Shown here piece after piece: positions 1 through 11,100 of a DNA stretch of 32,023 nt; within the stretch, counting starts at the first letter, position 1; every line of letters starts with the position of its first letter. The position numbers were made by a program, and so were the translations under genes. The notes under the pieces are model-generated. The model made no database searches and was not told the origin of the DNA. It was given only the letters and a program-made list of their open reading frames with translations. The DNA comes from Gemmatimonadota bacterium (GTDB taxonomy: Bacteria > Gemmatimonadota > Gemmatimonadetes > Gemmatimonadales > GWC2-71-9). The stretch is from NCBI GenBank assembly GCA_039588295.1, contig JBDHAB010000033.1:1-32023 (forward strand), in the 5' to 3' direction.

Positions 1-411
1 CTGGAGCCATCCGGTGAGGTCACCGTGCCCATCATTGAAGGGCTCTACTGCGGATGCCGCAACGAGGTGGCGGCGGTCAACGTCCCCAACTGCGGCGCCA
101 TCCCCAACCTCCCCGACGATGCGGTGGTCGAGGTCCCAGCCGCGGTGGACGCGGACGGCGTGCACGCGAGACAGATGCAGCCGTTACCCGAACTGGCGGC
201 CGCGCTCCTCCGCACCCAGATCAGCATCCACCGGTTGCTGGTGGAGGCGTTCCAGCACGAGTCGCGGGACGCGTTGCTGCAGGCGCTGCTGCTGGATCCG
301 ACCACGGTGTCCTATCGGGCGGCGGTGGACCTGATCGATCTGATGTGCGAAAGCCAAGCCGAGGTGCTGCCGCCGTTGGAGTGGCAGCGGGGCGCGACGG
401 GGCAAGGGTGA
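1..411 (+). CDS. Family 4 glycoside hydrolase (alpha-galactosidase/6-phospho-glucosidase type), C-terminal part; 5' truncated by the window edge
   Basis: Frame is open from base 1 (LEPSGEVTVPIIEG...). It contains the GH4 C-terminal patterns VNVPNxGAIPNLPDDAVVEVP and LLQALLLDP. TGA stop at 409-411. Confidence 0.88.
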   Translation: MEPSGEVTVPIIEGLYCGCRNEVAAVNVPNCGAIPNLPDDAVVEVPAAVDADGVHARQMQPLPELAAALLRTQISIHRLLVEAFQHESRDALLQALLLDPTTVSYRAAVDLIDLMCESQAEVLPPLEWQRGATGQG

Positions 412-477
412 AATCCGGGGTCGCCGGCGCAGGTGGTGCACAGCCTACCAAGAATCGGTCATGCTCGACCGCCCGGG

Positions 478-1494
478 CTATGGCTCCAGCACAACCCGGC
501 CGATCACGTCGCCTGCGGCGAGCGCGTCGATGCCCTCTTGGAACCGCTCGAGCGGCAGCACACGATCGAGCACGGTGCGCACGATCCCCCGCGCCACGAG
601 GTCGACGCCCTGTTGCAGCTCGGCGAGTGTGTTGCCGACCGAGCCCATCACACTTCCCTCGGTGATCACCAGCTGGATCGGGTGCACCGTGTAGGAGTCC
701 GCCGAGTAGCCGATGAACACCAGCCGGCCGCGCTTGGCCAGCGCACGCGTGCTCTGCTCCATCGTCGCCGTCGTGCCCACCAGCTCCATCACGACGTCGG
801 CACCGTGGCCGTGCGTCAGCTCCCGCACCCGGTCGGCGACGGGCTCGGTGGCGGCGTTGACGGCGTGCGCGGCTCCCAAGTCCCGCGCGCGCTCGAGCTT
901 GGTCGGCGAGCGGCTTACCGCGATCACCTCCGCCCCCGCGTGCCGCGCCACCTGAACCAACCCGAGGCCTACGCCGCCGATCCCGTACACCAGCACCACG
1001 TCCCCCATCGTGAGTCGCGCGAGGCCGGCGGCGTGCACTGCGGTCGTGACGCTGCAGCCGATCGGAGCGGCCGCTGTCGCGCTCACGTGGTCGGGTAGGG
1101 GGACGCAGCATCGCGCGGGCACCCGCACGTACTCGGCGAACCCCCCGTCGGAGATGAAGCCGTACTCCGCGCGGAGCGCGTCGCAGAGGTGCTCGTCGCC
1201 CCGGAGGCAGTGCCGGCACGCACCGCACCCCACGTAGTAGTACACGATCACGCGCTGCCCCTCTGCGAGCCCCGTGACGCCGGGTCCCGTGGCGTGCACG
1301 CGGCCGACGACTTCGTGGCCCAGCGTGAGGGGCGCGACGCCCAAGTTCAGGAGCCCGCTCAAGAAATGGAGCTCCGTATGGCACAACCCGGCGGCGGTCA
1401 CGCGCACGACCGCCTCGCCCGGTCCCGCCGTGGGGTTCGGGACTGTCTCGAGCTTCAGCGGCTGATTGGGACCGTGGTAGCGGACCGCGCGCAT
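478..1494 (-). CDS. Zinc-dependent alcohol dehydrogenase (MDR family)
   Basis: Starts MRAVRYHG at ATG 1494 with GAGG upstream. Catalytic Zn motifs GLCHTE and LGHE, structural Zn CGACRHCLRGDEHLC, Rossmann motif GIGGVG, ends GRVVLEP. Confidence 0.93.
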   Translation of the reverse strand: MRAVRYHGPNQPLKLETVPNPTAGPGEAVVRVTAAGLCHTELHFLSGLLNLGVAPLTLGHEVVGRVHATGPGVTGLAEGQRVIVYYYVGCGACRHCLRGDEHLCDALRAEYGFISDGGFAEYVRVPARCCVPLPDHVSATAAAPIGCSVTTAVHAAGLARLTMGDVVLVYGIGGVGLGLVQVARHAGAEVIAVSRSPTKLERARDLGAAHAVNAATEPVADRVRELTHGHGADVVMELVGTTATMEQSTRALAKRGRLVFIGYSADSYTVHPIQLVITEGSVMGSVGNTLAELQQGVDLVARGIVRTVLDRVLPLERFQEGIDALAAGDVIGRVVLEP

Positions 1495-1907
1495 GGTAGC
1501 CTCGGCGTGTGGGGGTGGTCTGAACAATGTGCTCTCGGATGGCGCTGCGGTACTCTCCCGGGCCGCAGCGCCCACGCCTTTCCCGTCCGCGGTGGCCGAT
1601 GCTTGATTTGCTCGCTCCCCCGCGCAGCCATACGTCCAAGTTCCGACTAGCGGAAGTTCAATTCTGGAAACAACTTGGAGGGCGGGGTGATTCGAGTTCG
1701 TCGCTTCGCCCGAGGCAGTCGTGTGCCAGTCGTCTGCCAAGTCCTGGTGCCGCCACCGCACGCCTTCTTCGGCTCCAAGGGATCTTCGTGAGGATGAGCG
1801 CCACATGACCAAGCGCTTTGACCGTCGCTGCGACGTGGGAGGGGGCACTGCCCGAGCTATGCTGGTGAACCGGAATGCACCGTGTCCAGGAAGCCGGGAC
1901 CGATACC

Positions 1908-4508
1908 ATGCCTAGTCGCTCAACGGAGGGCGGCGTCCGACTCCTGATCCTGGTGTTGTTCTTCCTCTCAGGAGCGTGTGGACTGATCTACGAAGTCGTC
2001 TGGATGCGGATGCTCACCCTCGTATTCGGCGCGACGGCCTTTGCGACCAGCACGATTCTGGCATCGTTGTTCGCCGGGCTGGCGTTGGGGAGTTTCTACT
2101 TTGGGAGAGTCATAGACAAGGGTAGGAACCCGCTTCTCCTCTATGCGCTGCTCGAAGCAGGGATTGGCCTCTTTGCGTTCCTCATGCCGGTGCTGTTCTC
2201 CGGCCTGAGTGAGGTGTACGTCGGTCTCTCTCGACGGTTCGCGATTGGGTATTACCAGATCAGTCTCGTGAGATTCGCCCTTTGTTTCTCCGTGCTGCTC
2301 ATTCCGGCCACTTTCATGGGCGGAACTCTCCCGATCATTGTCAAATTCTTTGCTGACAGACGCGAGAAACTGGCGTGGAATGTCGGTCATCTCTATGCCA
2401 TGAACACCTTCGGGGCAATGGTGGGTGCCCTTTCTGCGGGGTTCTTTCTCATCTTGATGGTGGGTGTCAAAGAATCCGCCTATATCGCCGGGGCCGTGAA
2501 CCTTCTGATCGCGGGCGTTGTGGTAGCCGTCGCTTGGCGTGTGGCGATTCCCCGGGTCGCAGTCAGTGAGCGAGACCAGAGCAGGCCAGAGCCCGACGAG
2601 CGCAGAGGAGAAGTCGTCTCTTCGCGTGTCGCTCGGCTTGTCCTGTGGGCCGTCGGTGTCTCCGGCTTCTGCGCTTTGGCGCTGGAAGTGTTCTGGACAA
2701 GAGCGCTCGTCTTCTTTCTGGATAATTCTACCCATGCCTTCACGACCATCTTGACGGCCTTCTTGTTGGGTATCGCGATAGGCAGCTTCATCATCGCGAG
2801 GTTCATCGACACGAGGAAGAAACTGGTCGCCTGGTTCGGCGTGATCGAAATACTGATTGGGGTGTGTGCCGTCCTGGCAATCCCAATCTTGAGCCGCTCG
2901 ACCTCTGTCTTTCAAAGCATGGCAGGGGCATCGCTTGACTCGTGGCTTCCCTGGAAGTGGATGGGGATGAGGTTCATCAAGACCCTTTCGGTCATGCTCG
3001 TGCCAACCATCCTTATGGGAATGACGTTCCCGCTCGTGAGCAAGCTCTATACGAGAAACATCGACAGGGTAGGGACCGCGTTGGGAAACGTCTATTCCGT
3101 CAATACGATTGGAGGGGTGCTTGGTTCCCTCATGGCCGGCTTCGTGCTGATCCCTCTCATTGGTGTGCAGAACGGCATCATGGTGATTGCCGCCATCAGT
3201 GTCGTTCTTGGTGCAGTGCTCATACTCTCCGAGCCATTGGTGAAACGTCAGACTCGAATCAGGGTGGCGGTCGGGTTGGGGGCCGTGCTCGCCGGTGGAG
3301 GGATGTTCTACCCCACGATCGGTGGTGCGAACATTTTGACATCGTACTATGAGGGAGTCGATCGGCCAGAGGTCCTGTCGTACACGGAAGGCATGGGCGC
3401 CACGGTCAAGGTGTACACCGATAGAATGAGCGAGAAAGCCATCAGCGTGAACGGATTCCCTGTAGCCGGAACGGCACTCGGGGCACACGACGCGCAAAAG
3501 CCCCTGGCGCATTTCCCCATGCTATTGAGCAGGGTGCCCTCACCACGGGTGAACATCATAGGCTTTGGAGCAGGCGGGACGTCGTGGGGGGTGACGCAGT
3601 ACGAGGTGGCAACAGTGGACTGCGTTGAATTGGTGCCGGCCGTGATCGATGCCGCGCCGTGGTTCCCGGAAATCAACCATGGTGTGCTCAGTGACCCTCG
3701 ATTCAACGTGATACTGGGAGATGGGAGAAACTATGCGTTGGTGACTGACAAAGAATATGATGTGATCTCCATTGACGCGACGACTCCCAAAATGGCCGGC
3801 AACGGGAGCCTCTACACGCTCGAGTTCTATGAACTGCTGACAGAGCGATTGTCTCCTGATGGGCTGGTCGTGCAGTGGCTCCCGTTTCACTTGCTGTCGG
3901 ATGAGGAAATGCGGATGATCGCAAAGACGTTCATGACCGCGTTTCCTCATGCCACGCTCTGGTTCTCACCATTGCGGCATCATAGCATCCTCGTGGGGAC
4001 ACAAGCGAGGCTTGAGATTGACTTCAGAGCGTTGAGTGGCAAACTCGAAATGGGAGCTATCCAGCAAGAGTTGGCGTATTTCTCTCCTGTCACGGACCCG
4101 ATCGATTTCCTGAGCTGGTTTGTGATGGGTGAAGAGGCGCTAGCCAGGTATGTCGGAGACGCCAGACTCAATACCGACGATCACCCCTATTTAGAGTTCA
4201 CCCCGGCGATGGCGTACTTTGCATCAGACGCGTACCGCATACGAAACATGCTGACGATGAGGGACTTTCGAGAGAGCGCATTCCCGCGGCTCATCAATGT
4301 CGGTGACACCGACGAGGAAATCGCTGCCGTGGCCGAGAAGGTGCGGCGGCGGTTCGATGCGACGTACCACAGTCTCAATGGAGATGTCTACGCAACGCTG
4401 AGGAGGCCGGACGCGGCACTGGAGGAATACACCAAGGCTCTCGCGATAGACCCCCAAGAGAAGATTGCGTTGAACCCGATGTGGCGAACTGGGACACCCC
4501 GAAGATGA
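1908..4508 (+). CDS. Fused multi-pass membrane domain / spermidine synthase-like (class I SAM-binding) protein with a C-terminal TPR-like segment
   Basis: N-terminal LFFLSGACGLIYEVVWMRML with a duplicated TM repeat (SGFCALALEVFWTR; NTFGA/NTIGG). C-terminal IIGFGAGGT, DCVELVPAV, DGRNY, YDVISID, NTDDHPYLEF, then a TPR-like helix pair. Start could also be 1875. Confidence 0.88.
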   Translation: MPSRSTEGGVRLLILVLFFLSGACGLIYEVVWMRMLTLVFGATAFATSTILASLFAGLALGSFYFGRVIDKGRNPLLLYALLEAGIGLFAFLMPVLFSGLSEVYVGLSRRFAIGYYQISLVRFALCFSVLLIPATFMGGTLPIIVKFFADRREKLAWNVGHLYAMNTFGAMVGALSAGFFLILMVGVKESAYIAGAVNLLIAGVVVAVAWRVAIPRVAVSERDQSRPEPDERRGEVVSSRVARLVLWAVGVSGFCALALEVFWTRALVFFLDNSTHAFTTILTAFLLGIAIGSFIIARFIDTRKKLVAWFGVIEILIGVCAVLAIPILSRSTSVFQSMAGASLDSWLPWKWMGMRFIKTLSVMLVPTILMGMTFPLVSKLYTRNIDRVGTALGNVYSVNTIGGVLGSLMAGFVLIPLIGVQNGIMVIAAISVVLGAVLILSEPLVKRQTRIRVAVGLGAVLAGGGMFYPTIGGANILTSYYEGVDRPEVLSYTEGMGATVKVYTDRMSEKAISVNGFPVAGTALGAHDAQKPLAHFPMLLSRVPSPRVNIIGFGAGGTSWGVTQYEVATVDCVELVPAVIDAAPWFPEINHGVLSDPRFNVILGDGRNYALVTDKEYDVISIDATTPKMAGNGSLYTLEFYELLTERLSPDGLVVQWLPFHLLSDEEMRMIAKTFMTAFPHATLWFSPLRHHSILVGTQARLEIDFRALSGKLEMGAIQQELAYFSPVTDPIDFLSWFVMGEEALARYVGDARLNTDDHPYLEFTPAMAYFASDAYRIRNMLTMRDFRESAFPRLINVGDTDEEIAAVAEKVRRRFDATYHSLNGDVYATLRRPDAALEEYTKALAIDPQEKIALNPMWRTGTPRR

Positions 4509-4597
4509 GATGATCCGCCCGCAACTCCTACCGTACACGTCTGCAACCGAGATCTGATTCCCGGACACCGAATGACTGAGGACTGAGGGGAGATACC

Positions 4598-5329
4598 GTG
4601 CTTTCACGTACAGCCCCGAGCACATGCAGGATCGCGGTGGTGATCGGGATCATGCTCATCATCGCGCTCATGCACGCGTTCAGGGTGGGGAGCTATCTAA
4701 ACGGGATCCTATTCACCCTTTACTACAGCTACATTTCGGATGCGGCCATCCCGTTCGGGCTGTACTTCCTCCTCTGCCTCAACGAAACCAGCTTGCCGTT
4801 CCTAAAGAACTGGGTCGCGAAGAGCCTACTCCTCTTCTCCGTTGCAGCCATCACCGAGTTGATGCAGGCGTTTGGTGTTCCTCTTCTCGGTGAAACTTTC
4901 GATCCTGTTGACATGGCCATGTTTGGAGTCGGAGCACTCCTAGCGGCTCTCGTAGATCGGATCCTTCTGAGGAAGGTACTTCCATGCTGGTTCCGTGACG
5001 GCCTGAGGCAGGCGTACGATCAGGTGTCCTACTTCGCACGTGGAGGCCTGACCGCTGGCCCTCCTGCGTGGCTGCGATTGAGTTCGTTGGGTGTTCAGGT
5101 CCCGCCTTCGCCTCCCGACCGTACGAGCACGAACAGTCCCTGGTTGGCCGGAACCTGCACACGCGACAGGTCGACTTGGGCCGCGCCCTGCAAGCCCTCG
5201 ACGGCTGGCGCGTGCGCACGCATCTCCGACCCCACGCTCAGCGCGCCCGGGTCGAGCGTCAGGGTCACGGTCTCATCCTCACCCGACCAAGACGCGAGAG
5301 CTATCAGTAGGCCATCGGGCCGAACGTAG
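4598..5329 (+). CDS. Small membrane protein (DUF2809/VanZ-like); the true 3' end is uncertain
   Basis: GAGGG RBS before GTG 4598. About four hydrophobic helices with ELMQA...LGETFDPVD. Residues after about position 5000 look non-conserved and overlap the convergent gene. Confidence 0.6.
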   Translation: MLSRTAPSTCRIAVVIGIMLIIALMHAFRVGSYLNGILFTLYYSYISDAAIPFGLYFLLCLNETSLPFLKNWVAKSLLLFSVAAITELMQAFGVPLLGETFDPVDMAMFGVGALLAALVDRILLRKVLPCWFRDGLRQAYDQVSYFARGGLTAGPPAWLRLSSLGVQVPPSPPDRTSTNSPWLAGTCTRDRSTWAAPCKPSTAGACARISDPTLSAPGSSVRVTVSSSPDQDARAISRPSGRT

Positions 5330-8136
5330 GTGGTGGCCAGGACCCGAGGATGATTGGTCGTGACCGGCGCATCGTCCAGCCAATACCCCAGCATCCGGCT
5401 CTCCGCGATACCGAACTCGTTCATCAGTCGCCACACGGGACGCGGGTCGACGTTTCCGTACATGCGGGCGGTCATGCCGTACAACATCCCGCGGTACGGG
5501 TGCCCGCCATCCTGGAGCATCTCGCCCATCAGGCCGAACGGCAGTCCGGACACTTCAGTCAGCCAGTAGTCCTCGTCCCGGTCGTACTCGAAGTACTCGC
5601 CAAACCAGAGCCGCGAGATGAACGGGAAATGTTCCATGTACAACATGGCGCTGTTGATGTGACCGTCACGCGGATTGAATTGATTGGCCGAATGAAGATC
5701 GATGACGACTTCGTCACGGTGCTCGTAGAGCACCGAAATCATGCGCTTCACCGTTTCGCGACTGAAGGCGATATCGTCGAGATACAGCCCGTCGATGTGC
5801 TGGTTCGCGGCTAGCCAGGAGAGTCCCTCGACATAGTAGTTGGTCCAGCGCGACGTGCCCTTATTGAGCATGGCCGCATCATCCACTCGCCACGCGTGCC
5901 ACGCTGAATGGTAGTTGTGCTCCAGGTGCTCCTGCATCCATGAATGCCCTCCGCCCTCACCGTCGTTCAAGATCTCGTCGCCGAAACTCCGCAGAGCGAA
6001 AAGTTCGTGCGCGCGATAGCTCAGCTCGCGAATCGTGTTGTAGAGTTTGACCTTGATGCCCTTCGCGTGCGCTTCCTCGATGTACGCCGTTTGCAGATCC
6101 AGGTTGAAGAAGGGGTAGTTGATATACGGATTGATCTCGTTCGCGTGGTGGATGTTGACCACCGTACCGCCCCAGGCCCGCACGGAATCGACGGGCACAT
6201 ATCGGTGCACGAAGCGCGTACGGAAATGTGACCCGGTGTCGATCGTCTTGAACGGGGTGAGTAGGAACCGGACGTTGAACTGCAGCGTGTCGCCGGCAGC
6301 CATCCGTCGCGCGCCGGAGTAGTTCACAGCGGTGACCACATCGGCCGCCGGGTCGATACGAATGCCGCCGCGCCCGCCGTTGAACCATGACGTCGGCATG
6401 TGGAGCGGTTGATTCTGGTAGAAGTTCGTGTTGAGGGGCCGCTCGTACGCATCGTCCCGCAGCACGTACTGGAGTCCTGCGTGCACCCCGCCGAGCCACA
6501 CGCCCTCCTGATGGTTCTCGATCTTCCACTTCCAGTCGACGTGCGCGGGCCGCCTGCCTCCGCGGAAGCCCAACCCAAGCATGTATTCGGCCGCCTCGGC
6601 CTCCAACGATATCGGCAGCACGATGTCGTCCATTTCGAGATCACGCAACGCATGCACGGTGATCCGATAGTCGAGCATGCCGTCGTACTCCAGGGCTCCC
6701 GCCACGCGCATGGCGAGTCGTTCGGATCGACCTTCGGCCGACCACTCCGCGCGACCGCGTGCTACCTGCTGTACGACGTACGCTGACCATTCCAGTCGCT
6801 CCGGGTGGCCGTCCACGACCACCTCGAGATCGATCGGGCGGGCGAGCAGGGGCTGCGGCGAATCTACGAGATGGGTCAGCTCGGGGCTGAAATGGCTCAA
6901 CAACCGATCGGGAAGACCCGACCCACCCAACTCGACCGAGCGACCGAGAATGGAAAGCGAATGCCCGTCGACACGCACCGCCTCGAATGGCTCGATGATG
7001 AGGTCGGGATCTGTGCCGGCCGTCGAATTGAGCCAGGCGAGCCGAGTCATCAGCTGGGGCGAATCGAAGCCGTGGTTGGCGGCGCTGCCCGGTTGGATGT
7101 CGAGGCTCAAACGCACTGTCTTCCGACCCCGGTTTGCGGTCGATACGGTCACGTTGCCCGAATGCCAACCGGGGCGTGCGTCTTCCGGTATCTGGAGTCC
7201 GATCCAGAGCGGCAGCACCGTCCCGGCGGGTACCGACACGTCGGTCTCGAATGACTCACCCTTTTCGTTGATCCCCCCGCAGTTGAAGCAGGTCAGTGTT
7301 GCACCCATTGATTCGGGGAAGCCGTCGGAGGCCATGCGAACGTGATTCAGCGTGTCCGAGCCAGCGACAGCGGCGAGTTGGAACGTGAAGTATTCTCCCG
7401 GCAATGCCCGGCTGGCGAACTCGGTCGCGTGTTCGCTGGCCGTCCAGTGGTACGGCAGGAAGTGCCGCATGCGAACCGGATAGTCTCTGTGTTCGGGCAC
7501 GAGGGCCCAGCCGTCTTCGCCAGTGGACATGAAGGCAGCGGTCTCGGACTCGCTCGCAATCACCTCCATTGGAAAGAAGCTGTGGAATGCGTCGACCGAC
7601 TGGATGCGGGTGGTGCGTGCCCGCGGCAAGTCGGCTGGGTACGCGGCTCGGACCCGTCGCACCCAGGCCGCATCGGTCGCCGCCACGATCCGGGGGTAGG
7701 TCACACGAGGGTAGTAGCCCCCGGTGGACTCCCACGGCATGTAATAGACATGGTACGTGGCGGACCCCGGATTCGGCTGGAATGCCACCTCACCCGACAC
7801 GTTCTCGACACGCAGGGCCACGGCGTTTGCCACCGGATGGTTCGTTGCCGCATCGACGACGACAATTGATTTTGCCGCGGGATCCCGATCGCGCCGCCGC
7901 CACGGGATCGTGACCAGTACTGCGTCGCCGGCCACACTGTCGAGCACGACCACGGCCCGATGATTCCCCCACGACGTCCCCTCCGCACCCGCCGCGAGAT
8001 GCGGCTCCCAATTCCCCGCTTCGAACACCACGCCGTCAATCACGTTAGCGATCTCGGGTGCGCCGTACGGCTCGCCCACCTGCTCGGCGCACGCGGTGAG
8101 CAGCACCGCGGCGGCCAAAATATGTCGGGGGTCCAT
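5095..8136 (-). CDS. Large lipoprotein, putative glycoside hydrolase (DUF6067 / GH123-like TIM barrel)
   Basis: GGAGAGG RBS and lipobox LLTAC. Conserved-looking blocks WGNHRAVV, NIHHANEINPYINYPF, IDGLYLDD, IDLHSANQ, LWFGE, EVSGLPFGLMGEML. Family assignment is from recall. Confidence 0.72.
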   Translation of the reverse strand: MDPRHILAAAVLLTACAEQVGEPYGAPEIANVIDGVVFEAGNWEPHLAAGAEGTSWGNHRAVVVLDSVAGDAVLVTIPWRRRDRDPAAKSIVVVDAATNHPVANAVALRVENVSGEVAFQPNPGSATYHVYYMPWESTGGYYPRVTYPRIVAATDAAWVRRVRAAYPADLPRARTTRIQSVDAFHSFFPMEVIASESETAAFMSTGEDGWALVPEHRDYPVRMRHFLPYHWTASEHATEFASRALPGEYFTFQLAAVAGSDTLNHVRMASDGFPESMGATLTCFNCGGINEKGESFETDVSVPAGTVLPLWIGLQIPEDARPGWHSGNVTVSTANRGRKTVRLSLDIQPGSAANHGFDSPQLMTRLAWLNSTAGTDPDLIIEPFEAVRVDGHSLSILGRSVELGGSGLPDRLLSHFSPELTHLVDSPQPLLARPIDLEVVVDGHPERLEWSAYVVQQVARGRAEWSAEGRSERLAMRVAGALEYDGMLDYRITVHALRDLEMDDIVLPISLEAEAAEYMLGLGFRGGRRPAHVDWKWKIENHQEGVWLGGVHAGLQYVLRDDAYERPLNTNFYQNQPLHMPTSWFNGGRGGIRIDPAADVVTAVNYSGARRMAAGDTLQFNVRFLLTPFKTIDTGSHFRTRFVHRYVPVDSVRAWGGTVVNIHHANEINPYINYPFFNLDLQTAYIEEAHAKGIKVKLYNTIRELSYRAHELFALRSFGDEILNDGEGGGHSWMQEHLEHNYHSAWHAWRVDDAAMLNKGTSRWTNYYVEGLSWLAANQHIDGLYLDDIAFSRETVKRMISVLYEHRDEVVIDLHSANQFNPRDGHINSAMLYMEHFPFISRLWFGEYFEYDRDEDYWLTEVSGLPFGLMGEMLQDGGHPYRGMLYGMTARMYGNVDPRPVWRLMNEFGIAESRMLGYWLDDAPVTTNHPRVLATTYVRPDGLLIALASWSGEDETVTLTLDPGALSVGSEMRAHAPAVEGLQGAAQVDLSRVQVPANQGLFVLVRSGGEGGT

Positions 8137-8171
8137 CCGCCCTCTCCGTGTTGATTCAAGACCTGCGGTCT

Positions 8172-11100
8172 TCATCCGCCTCCACCGCGCGAAACTGCGA
8201 GCGACAAGCTTCGGAGGAGCAAGCGACTGTCGAGATCGTCGTCCAGCTTCGCTCGCTCGTCGGCGAGTTGCCGAGATAGGTCACCCGCATCCCGGCCCAG
8301 CGCGGTCAGCGATGGAATCACGAGAAGATCCAGACGACTCGGACGCGCACGGGTGAGATCCGTGGCCTCAACCACAGCCTCGAACGCCGCTCGGGCCTCT
8401 TGGACTTTCCCAAGGCGCTGCGCCGCCACGCCCAACAAGTACCGCACGAGCCGCTCCTCCGGATTATACGGTCGGCCCTGCCCCAGGTGTTCGGGCCAAT
8501 CGAGGGCGGCACGTATGTGGTGTTGTGCATCCTCGTAGGCACCGCCCTCCATCGCGTCCAACGCAGCCAGCGTGTGCGCCTGCTCGTACAGTCGATGACT
8601 CGTGCGCGCATTCTCCGACGGAAGCACGTGCGTGGCATTGAGGATGTCGATGGCCTCGAGCGGTCGATCGAGCTGAATGAGAGACTGCACATGCAGGAGA
8701 TCGAGGTTGAAGTCGCCCGGGAACCGTGACCGGCCTTCCCCCGACGCCGCCAGCGCATCCTCCCATCGACCCCGCCCTTGAAGGTGCCGAACCAAGTGGA
8801 TCCGGATCGTCCGGTTGGCGCCGTCGATCCGCACGGCCCGGCGGAGATCCGCCTCCGGATCGCGCGCCGCCAACTCCTGCAAGAGGAGCGCACGAGTCAC
8901 GTAGGACGGCGCGAAGTCCGGCCGGTCGCCCAGCGCCGCCAGCAGCGCGGCCGCTTGATCAGCGCGGTCCCGCGCCCAGAGGTTGAGCGCCAGCAGGTAC
9001 GACCACGTCCACTGGTCGTCGTGTCGCACCGCCCACTCCAGGACGGCAAGGGTTTCCCGCCGGAACGGGAACACCAAGCTGAGGTCTGCCTCACGAGGCA
9101 ACGACGCTGGATCGTCGTCGAGCCAGGCGTGCCACGCACTGAGGAGTGGGTTCGGCGTAACGTCGGCCCCGAGACGCAACAATGCACGGGCATCGTCGCG
9201 GGCTCCTCGGCGCACATAGTCGACTGCCAGTTCCAGGATCGCCTGATCGGGGTACTCGCCCCTGAGCGTCGCCAGTAACGCTGCCGCCGACGGCTCGTCG
9301 CGGTCGGTAAGGAAGGTCTCGGCTGCCACGAAGTGGTGCAGCGGGTCGATCGCGAGCAGTTCCGCTTTCATCGACGCCACCAGGGCATCGTCATTCTGCT
9401 GCCGACCGATGATCGCGAGCACCTGTCGCGCCGGCAGGTTGTAGCGGTCGTAATCCAGCGCCAGGCGCGCGTAGCGCGTGGCTTCCGGATAGTCTCTTTC
9501 AGCGAGCATGAGTTCGGCGAGCTGGTCGTAGGCAACCGAGCGATACGCCATCGAGCGGGCCGCCCAGCCGAAGGCGTCGCGGGCGTCGGCCACTTTTCCG
9601 AGGGCACGATAGAGATTGCCGGCCACGAAGTTGGCGTGAGCGTCGTAGGTGTCGAGTTGCAGCACGTAATCCACGTGGGCACGCCCCGATGCGTACCGAC
9701 CACGCCGATACTCCAGATCGGCGAGTCCAAGCCGCGCCTCGCGGTGCCACGGATCTTGGGCCACGACGGATTCGAACACCTCCCGGGCGTCTGTGTATCT
9801 GCGGCCCTTTGCCAACTCCCGTCCCGCAGCCACTAACCGGTGAACCTCTGGAATCTGAGCCCGTGCGGACGGGTCCGTCGCGAACGGCCGAGCCAGGGCC
9901 CGCGCGCTGGGATCCGAGGTGTGGTCCAAGCGGAGCGCGGGAAGCTTCACTCGAAAGACGGTGCCATCGGCAAGATCGAACGCATGCTCGACCGGTTCCA
10001 GCGCCGAGAACGACATGGGGATCGATGCCACGATGCGATCGCCGGAAGAGACCCATAGCGTGTCGGCCATATCACCGAAGGCGTGGACGCTGACGATCAG
10101 TCGTCCGTCTTCCCGCCGCACGTGCATCGCCCCGTCCCGCGACACGTCGGTCAGTCCGCCCAGTCCCTCAACGGGAAACCACGTTTCCGACCAGCGGTCC
10201 GCTGCGCCGGGATCGAACCCCGCCTGCGTGATCGGATTGACGTGTGCTCCCTGCGAGTACTGTACGAACAGTCGCCCGGCCTGGAACTCGATGTACTGCC
10301 CGTCGGTGTCGGTGAGCAGTTCCTCCCACACACCTCCTTGGCGGGAGAGTGCCCAGAGCCAGAGCTTCTGTCCCGGCATCTCCTCGTGACGTGACCAGTG
10401 GCCAAAGCCATAGCTATCGTCGTGGTAGTAGCCGCCGAAGAAGTCGTGCAGCTCACCCACGACGTGGTAGGACTTGTGTCCGGCGAACCGGTTGTTGGCG
10501 TAGGCGGGCAGAAAGCGGCCGGCGGCATCCACAGGCCACGGGCGGCTCTCTCCGGAGTGTGCGAGATAGGCGTTCCCGGGCATGACCATCTCGAGGTCGT
10601 TCCGCGCAAACGCTGCTGCCGTCATCCAGTTGTAATACGGTTGCTCGAGCGGCGTCGGATTGTACCACAGGACATTGGTCTCGAAGTACGCGCGGTCAGC
10701 GGGCAGGCGGATCTCGACGCGCCAGTGGGTCCGAGACGGCAGGTCCATCGCGCCGACGATGCAGCTCACGCTGCCGTCGGGGTTCTCGCGCAGGACGTAG
10801 TCGACGGGCGTAGCCGTGGCCGGTGTGTGGCCAATTACGCCGAAGTTGAATTCGATCCCGCCCGAGGTCCACGGACCGCGCAGCGCGATGTTCCTGAACT
10901 TCATCACCTCGTTCCGATAGATGAACTCGTGCCCCGTCCTCTTCACCACGGCTCCCCACACTTTCCCGCCCGCCTCAGGGAGCACGAACACCTCGATGAG
11001 ATCGTTCTCGAGGTGCACCACGTTCCACTCCCGCGGAGCGCCTTCCGTCGCGTATCCCTCGAACGAGTGGTACGGGTACAACCGTGCATCACGCGTCAGG

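Noticed and set aside
1541..1572. Hairpin GGCGCTGCGG...CCGCAGCGCC upstream of the ADH gene
   Set aside because: It has no U-tract and no further copies were seen, so no function can be supported.
1738..1751. 14-mer CAAGTCCTGGTGCC also present at 25953-25966
   Set aside because: A few shared 14-mers are expected by chance in 32 kb of GC-rich DNA, and there is no integrase or extended similarity to suggest att sites.
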